64,000 nucleotides of DNA from positions 96,001 to 160,000 of the forward strand of contig CAWCIZ010000004.1 of the NCBI GenBank assembly GCA_963795855.1. Reading direction: 5' to 3'. A model generated the notes under the pieces. It did not search any database. It worked only from the letters and a program-made list of their open reading frames with translations, and had not been told where the DNA came from. Source of the DNA: Vulcanimicrobiota bacterium. GTDB taxonomy: Bacteria > Vulcanimicrobiota > Vulcanimicrobiia > Vulcanimicrobiales > Vulcanimicrobiaceae. Positions 51,033-60,605 of this stretch are shown here, piece by piece (within the stretch, counting starts at the first letter, position 1; every line of letters begins with the position of its first letter). A program made the translations under genes and the position numbers.

Positions 51033-52624
51033 TTAAAAACCCGGCACGCGATATGGATCGTACGGATAGATCGTCGACACGTCGACGGGCGGAATCGTCA
51101 TACCGTATGCGGTGTCGGCTGTTTGTATGAAGAGATTGGCAACCAGTGCGTAGCCGACGGTCGAGGGATGCAGCCCGTCGAAGTCAGGATTCCGCCGCCC
51201 CAACGCAAGTCCGCAGTGTCGCCTTTCGAATCTACGGGGAAGACGTAGGGCGCAGTATTCGACTGCTGATACATCTGGTTGAAAGAAGCGTTGATCGGAA
51301 CGACGGGTGTCCCGGACGCTTGACCGACGGAATCGATGATTTGATTGTAACCCGCGTTCAGCTGCGCAACGCTTGCCGCGAACGAGTCCGTAAGATACGC
51401 GGGGCCCAAACCGCTCCCGGCGCCGCTCGGATCGAGTTGGCAGCTCGTGCCGGTGAAGTTGCCGCTCGTAACCAGGGTCAAGAGCGAGAAGAAGCCCGTT
51501 GCCGTGAGATAGCCGTTCGCGCCGACGCCGCATCCGGCAGGTTCCGGCTGCGCAAGCGCCGTCACGACGCCTTGCGCTTGCACCGGCGAAATCGCACCCT
51601 TCGAGAACGCCTGCAAGTAGTAGAAGACGCTCTGGCTCGGTGCCGGCTGCACGCCGCCCTGAAAGAAGCCGCCCGTTTCGAGCACGGTCGGAAGCTCCGC
51701 CACGATCACTTTCGACCCCGCGCCTTTGAGCTGCGCGACGATCGACGTCAAATCGGTTTGGAATTGCGCCGGCGTGTCGGTAATCGGCGAGCGCCCACCG
51801 CTTCCGGCGTACTTGAGCAAATCATTCGCTCCGAGCCACACCGTCGTGAGTTGCGGTTTCAGTGAAATCGCCACGCCGATTTGCGTGAGCGGCTGCACGG
51901 CTTTCGCGTATCCGCCGAGGACCGGATAAAAATTCGCGCTTTCCGAGTTCACGATCTCTTGCAGCGCGCCGGAGGTCGGATCGCCGGGTATTGCGGGATA
52001 TCCCGGGCATTGCAGGCCGCTAGGGGTGCTGACCGGTCCCGGCGGCGGACCGGTCAGCGGTGCCGTCATCGTTAGCGCTTCGTGCATCGTAATCCCCGGG
52101 ATGCCGAGATCGTAGACTTTGTTTGCAAGACTCGCGCGCACGCCGCCGAGCGTCGTAAGCGAATACGCCTGCTGATCGAACGTGTCGCAGTCCGGATGCG
52201 TCGTGAACAGCGTGCCGGTCGAACTGAGCAGCACTTGACCGCCGATGCCGGGCGACGCGATGAGAGGGAGCGGCGAGAGCGGTGCGTTGCCGAGCGCGGT
52301 ATCGACATTGTATTGCGCGGGATCGAGCGCGATGCCGTTTGCCTGCGCGAAGAAGAGAGCAAACCAGCCGTTCTCCTGCGTCGGCGGCACGAGGTTGCCC
52401 GGAAGCGGCGATAACGGATTTTGGCCCGGAGCGCCCATCGTCGTACCGGACTGTGTGCCGGCGGTCAGGCTGTCTCCGATGCCGACGATGTTCTGGGTGT
52501 ACGATCCGCCGGTCGTCGGCGGCGATGGCGTCAGCGATCCGCCGCTGTTCGTGTTGCCGCTGCCGCACGCGGTTACTGCGAGAATCGCCAGCGCCGCAAT
52601 CGCTCTATGAAAACGTTTAAGCAT
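51033..52624 (-). CDS. SGNH/GDSL hydrolase lipoprotein (frameshift near 51185)
   Basis: Lipobox AVTAC, GDSLTAG, WLGAND, and DGLHP in the second frame. Confidence 0.85.
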
Positions 52625-52642
52625 GTGTGGTAACCCCGTGCT

Positions 52643-53854
52643 TTAGAACTGTATGACGCTCGGCGAACCGATGCCGAATTGAATCTGTACTTGCGTGGCC
52701 TTCAGGCCGCCGACCATCGGCAGCGTGTTCTGCGAACACGGCAACTGCAGACAGTCCAGTTGTTTCACGCCGTAAGGGCTATAGTTCGTCGGGCCGCCGC
52801 TGTTGAGCACGACTTGAACGAAACCGATTTTTCCGACGCGCTGCGACGCACCTAAGAAGTACGCGGCAAGGTGCTGGGCGTATGGGTCGGTGGGCAGATA
52901 GTCGCGAGAGCTTTGCGGTTCGAAGAAGAGACGCGTACCATCCGCCGGCGTGTATTCGAGATAAAGAATCTGGTAGAGCTGCGTGTGATTTTGCTGGTTC
53001 AACCCGGCAGTATGCACGAGCCAGGACGGCGCGACGGTGAAGGTTCCGAACATCTTCGGCGTCTTGAGGAACGGCAGCGTCACGGCGAGCGAGTACACCT
53101 GCGCCGTGCGCGTGTTGATATCGGTGTGCGGGATGCCGTTCGCGTCGACGAACGGCACGACGTCGTTGTTTCCGTTCGAACCGCCGACGGTAGACCAGCG
53201 CGCAACGTACGTGGGGGTAATGACGATCGGAACTGTGTGCTTACCGATTTTCCCGAGCGTTATGAGTTTCTCGAACATGAACAACGCGAATTTGTCCTTC
53301 GTCGTCACGTCGATCTGCTGCGGAATGCCTTGACACGAGGCCGACGTCGCACCGCTGAGATCGATGCAACTCGGGTTGACGCCCGGACTTAGCGGAAATG
53401 GGGCCGGAAGATAATTCGGAACTTGTCCGCTGTTGAACCCGACCGGATAGTGCTGGAGTTCGTAATAATTCGCGACTAGACGCGCGGTGGGGCTGAAGCC
53501 GTAGCCGAGCACTCCGTCCATGCCGCCGGGCAGCCACTTCTTACCGAACGTTCCCGTGTTGCCGAGTGAGTGCGCCACGGAAAAATCGAGCGTGTAGGTC
53601 AAGCCCGCCGGCAGCCCCACCGCACCCTCTCCCGGGCCGGCGCCTTTGGCTTGGGTTACCGGTGGTACTTGAGCGATCGTGCCGTCGGGAAGGTGAACGA
53701 GTTGCCGCGCCGGTGCGTTCTCCGCATTCTTGATCGCGGCGTTCGCGCCCGATACTGCGGCGCCGAACATGCCGGCGGGATCGGCCAGAGCCGGAGCGGT
53801 CATGGCCGCGGCCAACGCGAGGGCGGCGGAAGTACGAAGGAACGTACGAACCAT
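52643..53854 (-). CDS. Secreted protein, probable outer-membrane beta-barrel
   Basis: Sec signal ending APALA, alternating aromatic beta-strand patterns, C-terminal Phe. Confidence 0.6.
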   Translation of the reverse strand: MVRTFLRTSAALALAAAMTAPALADPAGMFGAAVSGANAAIKNAENAPARQLVHLPDGTIAQVPPVTQAKGAGPGEGAVGLPAGLTYTLDFSVAHSLGNTGTFGKKWLPGGMDGVLGYGFSPTARLVANYYELQHYPVGFNSGQVPNYLPAPFPLSPGVNPSCIDLSGATSASCQGIPQQIDVTTKDKFALFMFEKLITLGKIGKHTVPIVITPTYVARWSTVGGSNGNNDVVPFVDANGIPHTDINTRTAQVYSLAVTLPFLKTPKMFGTFTVAPSWLVHTAGLNQQNHTQLYQILYLEYTPADGTRLFFEPQSSRDYLPTDPYAQHLAAYFLGASQRVGKIGFVQVVLNSGGPTNYSPYGVKQLDCLQLPCSQNTLPMVGGLKATQVQIQFGIGSPSVIQF

Positions 53855-53970
53855 TTCGATCTCCAACAGCGGGACTCTATTAAAAATAATAGTCCAAGGT
53901 TGAGCACAAAGTACCCCTCGGTCGAGTCAAAACCCTGGCGGCGTGCGAGAAAAGTCCGAAGGTCGCGATG

Positions 53971-56900
53971 CTATACCGGAAGGGGCGGTTCCGCGATTTC
54001 GGCCGGGAGCGCATCGGTGGCGATGCGGCGCCTGCGCCGCCGAAGAGACCACGACTTCACGATCACATAGAGCACCGGCGTAATGGCGAGGTTCAATATC
54101 GTAGAGACGATCATGCCGCCGAACACCACGGTGCCCAGCGAGTGCCGCGCGGCGCTTCCTGCGCCGCCGGCAAACACGAGCGGCGTGACCGCGACGATGA
54201 ATGCGATCGAGGTCATGAGAATGGGCCGCAGACGCGTTTGAGCGGCTCGCGCGGCTGCCGTTACGACGTCCGCGCCGGCACGGATCTGCTGGTTTGCGAA
54301 CTCGACGATCAGAATCGCGCTCTTGCTTGCCAGGCCGATAAGCATGACGAAGCCGACTTGCGCGTACGCGTCGCTCGGCAGCCCGCGCACACCCAGAAAT
54401 GCCAGCGCGCCCAAGATCGCGACCGGCACGGCCAGCAGCACGATGAGCGGATCGACGAAACTCTCGTATTGAGCGGCGAGCACCAAAAAAACGAAGACGA
54501 TGCCGATGAAGAAGATCAGCGCGGAGAGCGATCCGCCTTCAATCTCGTCCAGCGTAAGCCCCGACCATTCGTACGTCACGCCCGGCGGGTCGATTTGATG
54601 CGCGAGCTGTTCCATCGCGGCGATCGACTGTCCCGAGCCCTTCCCCGGCGGCGTCTGCCCGTTGATTTCTATGGAGCGGAACAGGTTGTAATGCGTGATG
54701 ATAGGTGCCGACTTCGTCATTACCGCAGTCGCCAATCCGCTGAGCGGCACCATACCCCCGTTTTGGGACCGCACGTATAGAAACTGCAGTGCATCCAGAC
54801 TGCTGCGATACGGATCGTCCGCTTGAACGAAAACCTTGTACGAGCGGTTCAGATAGTCGAAATTGTTCACGTAGAACGAACCGAGATCCGTCTGCATCGT
54901 ATTGAAGACGTCAGTGAGCGAGACGCCGATGCTTTTTGCCTTCTCTCGGTCGATGTGTACCTGGTACTGCGGCGCGTCGATGCGGAACGTCGTGAATACT
55001 TGCGAAAGATTCGGGTTGCGGTTTCCCAGCCCCATGAAGCCGTAAGCCGTCTTCATCAACGCGGGAAATCCGACGTTTCCGGCGTCCTCGAGTTCGAATT
55101 GGAAACCGCCGAAATTGCCGACGCCTTGAATTGCGGGTGGATTGAATGCGAATATCTGCGCTTCGGGAATTCCGAAGAATTGCATCTGCACGCGCTGCAA
55201 AACGGCATTGAGCGAATGTTGCGCGCCCTTGCGCTGGGACCAGGGCCGAAGCCCGATGAAAGCGATACCGCGATTCGGCCCGCTGCCGGCAAAACTAAAG
55301 CCCGACACGTCGAAGTCGTGGAGAATTTCGGGCTGCGCGTCGAGAATGCGCTCGACCTTTGCCGCCACGGCCTGCTCTTGCGAGAGCGATGCGCCTTCGG
55401 GCAGCTGAATCGTCACGATGAAGAAGCCTTGGTCTTCATTCGGAATGAACGCGGTCGGCGTCGTACGGTACAGCAGGACCGTTGCAAGAAGTGCCGCGAT
55501 GAAGAGCATCCCGACGACGGCGCGGCGCCGGAAGAGCTTGGGCATCAGCCCGCGGTACCAGTTCCGGAATGAGGCAAGTCCGCGGTTGAACCACACGAAG
55601 AACGGGAAGCGCGATTCGGTTTCACCCGTGAGCATTAGCGCGGACATGACGGGCGTCAGCGTCAGCGATGCGAAAAGCGAGATCGCGATCGACGCGGCAA
55701 TCGTCAGCGCAAACTGCCGATAGAGTTGCCCCGTCGTCCCCGGGAAGAATGCGACCGGCACGAAAACGGCAAGCAGCACCAGCGACGAAGCGACGACGGC
55801 GCCTTGAACCTCGCGCATTGCCGCGCCGGCACCTTCCACGCCGCCCATCCGTTTTTCCTGAATGAAGCGCGCGATGTTTTCTATGACGACGATTGCGTCG
55901 TCCACCACGAGCCCCGTTGCCAGAGTCAATCCGAATAAGGTAATGGTGTTGATCGTGAAACCGAACACTTTCATCACTGCGAACGTGCCGATTAGGGAGA
56001 CGGGCAGCGTTACGGCGGGAATCAGCGTCGACCGCGGATTCTGCAAGAAGATGAAAATGACCAGAACGACGAGCAAAATCGAGAAGATCAAGGTCAAAAC
56101 GACTTCTCTAATCGACTCTTTGACGAACTGCGTTACGTCGAACGCGACGTCGTAGGAAACACCGGCCGGAAAGTTGCGCGAGAGAATTTCGAGTTCTTTC
56201 TTGACGCCGTCGGCGGCTTGAAGCGCGTTCGCCGTGGGCAACTGCTGAATGCCCAGACCGACGACGTTCTGGTTTCCGTCGAAGGCGATCGAACTCGAGT
56301 AATCTTCCGCTCCGAGCTCGACACGCGCGACGTCGCCCAAGCGCGTGAAACCGCCGCCCGACTCGGCGCGAACGATGATGCTGCGGAACTGCTCCGGCGT
56401 ACTCAAGCGGCCTTCCGCATGCACCGTGATGGTGAACGGCTGGTTTTTCCGCTCCGGTGCGCCGCCGATACTGCCGGCTGCAACCTCCACGTTTTGCTCT
56501 TGCAGCGAGTTTAGGACGTCGCTGATTGCCAGGCCGCGCGCTTCGAGTTCGTGCGGATCGACCCAGATGCGCATCGCGTAACGCCGCTGGCCGAAGATGA
56601 TGACGTTGCTGACGCCTTTTACGCGCTTGAGGGCGTTGACGACGTTCAGTTCCGCATAGTTGCTCAGAAACAGACTGATTGAACTGCGGATTGCTCGACT
56701 TGAGCGCGAGCGCCATAATAAACGTGCCGGAGTTTTTAGTGACCGTTACGCCCGTCTGCTTCACCTCGGCCGGTAACAGACCGGATGCGGACTGCACGGC
56801 GTTCTGGACGTCCGTGGCGGCAATGTCGAGATCGGTCCCGAGATTGAACGTGCACGTGATGGTGCTCGTGCCGTTGTTTGCGCTCGTGGATGTAATGTAA

Positions 56901-57127
56901 CGCAAGCCTTCGACACCGTTGATCGCCTGCTCGAGTGGAGTGGTGACGGCAGATTCAACCGCCTGCGCGTTGGCGCCGATGTACGTTGCGTTAACGGTTA
57001 CGACCGGCGGCGCGATCTGCGGGTATTGCGCGATAGGCAGCGTCGGAATTGCTATAAGGCCGGCGATCAGGATCACCAGCGAGCAAACCGCGGCAAAGAT
57101 AGGCCTGCGCAGAAAAAACTGAGTCAC
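53971..57127 (-). CDS. HAE1-family RND efflux permease (AcrB-like; frameshift near 56675)
   Basis: FFLRRPIFA, LPIAQYPQIAPP, MRIWVDP, GLVVDDAIVVIEN, RLRPILMTS. Confidence 0.95.
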
Positions 57128-57243
57128 GGATCCTCCCGCCAAACGAACCGTCGGTTCTTTCGCCCTTTGACCCGTTAGCACCGCAAGGGGTTGCCGGCTC
57201 TGCTCGATTTCGTCGACGGGCCGTTAAATTGACCGGCGAGAGA

Positions 57244-58137
57244 TTATCTAAAAGCCTGCTCTGCGTGGTACGAGCTGCGCGAAAGCGGGCTCGAGACGAC
57301 CTGATGGAATCCCTTGGACCGGCCCAGCCGCGCGTATTCGGCGAATTTTTCCGGAGTAACGAACGTGTCGACCGGCAGATGCTTTTTGGTGGGCTGCAGG
57401 TACTGCCCGATGGTGAAGATGTCGACGCCGGCGCCGCGCGCGTCGTCCATGGTTTGCGCGACCTCTTCGTCGGTTTCGCCTAGACCCACCATTATGGACG
57501 TCTTGGTAAAGCGCTCCGGTGCAAAATTCTTGGCATGCTCTAACACCCGCAGCGACTGCTCGTACTTCGCGCGTTTGTCGCGCACGCGCGGAGTAAGCCG
57601 GCGAACGGTCTCGAGATTGTGCGCAAAGACGTCCGGCTTCGCATCGAGCACGATGTCGAGCGCATCGATATCGCCGCGGTAATCGCCCGAAAGAATTTCG
57701 ACGCGCGAGCCGGGAACGCGCTCGTGAATCGCGCGGACCGTATTCGCGAAAATCAGTGCCCCGCCGTCCGGCAAATCGTCGCGATCCACCGCAGTCAGGA
57801 CCAGATAACTCCAGCCCATGTCGCGCACGGCGTCGGCAACGCGTTGCGGCTCCATCCAATCGACGGCGCCCTTCGGATTGCCGGTCTTGACGTTGCAGAA
57901 CCGGCACCCTCGCGTGCACGTATCGCCGAGAATCATGATGGTGGCCGTACCGGCGCCCCAGCACTCGGCCAAGTTCGGACAATTCGCTTCTTTGCAGACG
58001 GTGTTCAGCGCTAGTCCGTCGACCTTGGCTTTCACGCGCTCGTACGCTTCACCGTGCGGCAGCTTGACCTTCAGCCACGCAGGCTTGGGTATGCGCGCCG
58101 GTCCGTCGCGGTCGATCAAGTCGATTTCGATAGCCAT
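57244..58137 (-). CDS. lipA: Lipoyl synthase
   Basis: KPAWLKV, TVCKEANCPN..ECW, CTRGCRFC, RSSYHA. Confidence 0.97.
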   Translation of the reverse strand: MAIEIDLIDRDGPARIPKPAWLKVKLPHGEAYERVKAKVDGLALNTVCKEANCPNLAECWGAGTATIMILGDTCTRGCRFCNVKTGNPKGAVDWMEPQRVADAVRDMGWSYLVLTAVDRDDLPDGGALIFANTVRAIHERVPGSRVEILSGDYRGDIDALDIVLDAKPDVFAHNLETVRRLTPRVRDKRAKYEQSLRVLEHAKNFAPERFTKTSIMVGLGETDEEVAQTMDDARGAGVDIFTIGQYLQPTKKHLPVDTFVTPEKFAEYARLGRSKGFHQVVSSPLSRSSYHAEQAFR

Positions 58138-58824
58138 TATGCCGATTTCACGATGCCGGTTTGAGCCCACGCTTGCGGCGCCTGCTCAAACTCGATCTCA
58201 AACGCTTTCGACAGCGCGCGCTCGACGATCGGTTTCGTTTCTTCGACGCAAACGGCTCGCCCCGTTTCGCGCGAGAGGCTGGTGATGCCGCGATCCGTGA
58301 GCCCGCACGGATTGATGAGCCTGTCGTCAGCTCAACTCCGTGTTGACGTTCAGCGCTATACCGTGCAGCGACGTCATCTTTTGGACGGCGAGCCCAATAG
58401 CGCAAATCTGGTCGCGGCCGACCCAGACGCCGGCGTGTTCGCTCCACCGCTCGGCGTGCACGCCGAAATCCGCGCAAGCGTCGATGATCGCACCCTCGAG
58501 CGCGCGCACCAGCGGCACCACTTCGCGAAACCGCTCCAAACGCCGGATCGGATACACCACAAGTTGGCCGGGACCATGATACGTCACATCGCCGCCGCGC
58601 TCGATGCGTACGACGTCCACGCCGCGCACGGCGAGCGCTTCCGGTGAAAGCAGCAAATTCTCGGCTTTTGCGGTGCGGCCCAGCGTGATTACCGGCGGAT
58701 GCTCGACGAAGATCCAGGTTTCCGGCTCTTCACCGCCGCGCACGCGCGCATGCAGTGCATGCTGCAAGCCCCATACGTCGCGATACGAACGCAGGCCGAG
58801 ATCGAGAAGCCAGGCGCGGGTCAC
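58137..58824 (-). CDS. lipB: Octanoyltransferase (frameshift near 58330)
   Basis: EHPPV.TLG, RGGDVTYHGPGQLVVYP, HGIALNVN, then INPCGL. Confidence 0.93.
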
Positions 58825-58893
58825 GCCGCTCCTTTCCGCAACGGGAGCGCGGCGATGCGTCGACAGGACGGCGACATCAAAACTTCGTTCTCT

Positions 58894-58952
58894 GCAAAAA
58901 GCGGAGAAGCAGCAAAATCACACGATGTGATTTTGCGAGTGTCTTCGACGAA
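58894..58952. repeat. Intergenic hairpin element (family B, copy 2)
   Basis: GCAAAATCACA-CGA-TGTGATTTTGC perfect stem at 58912-58936; flanks resemble 4109-4167. Confidence 0.65.
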
Positions 58953-58975
58953 GTCTCGTACCGCGACCAACGCCG

Positions 58976-60427
58976 TTACTTCGCTCCCACCGGTTGAGGA
59001 GCCGGTTTCTTTGCGTTGACGATGTGAATCGCTTTGCCGTGCGCGGCTTCCGCGGCGTCCATGATCCCTTCGGTGAGCGTCGGGTGCGGATGGATCGAGA
59101 GGCCGATATCTTCGAGCGTCGCGCCCATCTCGAGTGCGATCACGCCTTCGCCGATCAGCGATTCGGCTTGCGGCGCGACGATGTGCATGCCCAGCAGCAT
59201 GTCCGTCTTTGCGTCGCCGACGAGTTTGATCAGGCCGTCCGATTCGTTCATCGTCCGCGCGCGGCCGCTCGCTGCGAGCGGGAACTTGCCGATGCGCACC
59301 TCGTGGCCTGTCGCTTTTGCTTCTTCTTCCGAAAGACCGACCGTGGCGACTTCGGGGTCGGTGTAAACACAGTTCGGAATTGCTACCGGATCGAAAGCCG
59401 CGGAGCGATCGCCGCCGATCACTTCGGCCGCGACGACGCCTTCCTTCATGCCTTTGTGCGCGAGCATCGGCGCTCCGGTGACGTCCCCGATCGCGAAAAC
59501 GTTCGCGACCTTCGTACGGCGTTGAGCATCGACGTCAACGAAGCCGCGCTCGTTCGTGGATAAGCCGGCGGCTTGCAGGTTGAGACCATCGGTTACGGGA
59601 CGCCGTCCCACTGCGACGAGCACGCAATCGAACTCCCGCGTTTCATCTTTTCCGCCCGTGCCGTCTCCGTTGAACGTCGCCTTGACGCTTTTGCCGGATT
59701 TCTCGATGGCGCCGACTTTCGTGCCGAGCATGATCTCCACGCCTTGCTTTTTCAGAATGCGCCCAAGAGTTTTCGAGATCTCGAGGTCAGTGCCGGTCAA
59801 TATCTGAGGCAGCGCTTCGATCACGAGCACTTTGCAGCCCATGCGCGTGTACACCGTCGCGAATTCCAGCCCGATCACACCGCCGCCGATCACGAGCATC
59901 GTCTTGGGAACGCGCTTGAGTTGGACGGCGTCGTCCGAATTTATGATGTATTCGCCGTCGCGCGGCCAGGCTTTCACGTCGATGGGCGCGGAGCCGGTTG
60001 CGATGACGACGTGCTCGGCTTTGATGGAGTCTTGGCCGCCTTCTTTTTTCTTGACGACGATCTCGTTCGCGCTTTTGAAGCCGGCTTCGCCGTAAATGAA
60101 CTGCACGTTGTTCGCCTTGAACAGCGTCTTCACGCCGCCGACATTTGAGTTCACGACGTCGGTTTTGAATTTCGCGACGCCGTCGCGATCGACGTCCGCT
60201 TTGGCGACTTTCAGGCCGATCGCGCCGGCGTGATCGATGTGGCGGATCACCTCACCCACGTGCAGCAAAGCTTTCGTCGGAATGCAGCCCCAGTTCAGGC
60301 ACACGCCGCCGACCTCGTCGCGATCGACACAGATCACTTTCTTGCCGAGTTGTCCGAGGCGTATGGCCGCGTGGTACCCGCCGGGGCCGGCGCCGATGAC
60401 GACCGCGTCGACTTGATGTTCAGCCAC
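58976..60427 (-). CDS. lpdA: Dihydrolipoamide dehydrogenase
   Basis: GAGPGGY, GGVCLNWGCIPTKAL, GGGVIGLE, HPHPTL.E. Confidence 0.97.
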   Translation of the reverse strand: MAEHQVDAVVIGAGPGGYHAAIRLGQLGKKVICVDRDEVGGVCLNWGCIPTKALLHVGEVIRHIDHAGAIGLKVAKADVDRDGVAKFKTDVVNSNVGGVKTLFKANNVQFIYGEAGFKSANEIVVKKKEGGQDSIKAEHVVIATGSAPIDVKAWPRDGEYIINSDDAVQLKRVPKTMLVIGGGVIGLEFATVYTRMGCKVLVIEALPQILTGTDLEISKTLGRILKKQGVEIMLGTKVGAIEKSGKSVKATFNGDGTGGKDETREFDCVLVAVGRRPVTDGLNLQAAGLSTNERGFVDVDAQRRTKVANVFAIGDVTGAPMLAHKGMKEGVVAAEVIGGDRSAAFDPVAIPNCVYTDPEVATVGLSEEEAKATGHEVRIGKFPLAASGRARTMNESDGLIKLVGDAKTDMLLGMHIVAPQAESLIGEGVIALEMGATLEDIGLSIHPHPTLTEGIMDAAEAAHGKAIHIVNAKKPAPQPVGAK

Positions 60428-60447
60428 TTCGTATAGCTCCGTTCTAA

Positions 60448-60498
60448 AAAGGCGCTTCGGCCTAGGCGGCGCGCCCCCCACTTCGTGGACCCAAAATA
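60448..60498 (-). repeat. Family A element upstream of lpdA
   Basis: Minus strand reads TATTTTGGGTCCACGAAGTGGGGGGCGCGCCGCCTAGGCCGAAGCGCCTTT, near-identical to 12310-12361. Confidence 0.85.
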
Positions 60499-60560
60499 TC
60501 GTCTCTCACTATGACAACCAGACCGCGCTCGCGTCTGCAACTTCCAAAGTAGGGGTGATG

Positions 60561-60605
60561 CCATCCAATCGAAGAAATGGATTGGAAATGCCGAAAATTG
60601 GATGG
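60561..60605. promoter_or_regulatory. Candidate MocR-type operator (inverted and direct repeats)
   Basis: CCATCCAAT (60561-69) and ATTGGATGG (60597-605) are perfect inverted repeats, with ATGGATTGGA between them. Confidence 0.5.

Noticed and set aside
58917..58930. CRP/FNR site (TCACA..TGTGA)
   Set aside because: Half-sites are in the wrong order and spacing; better explained as a hairpin stem
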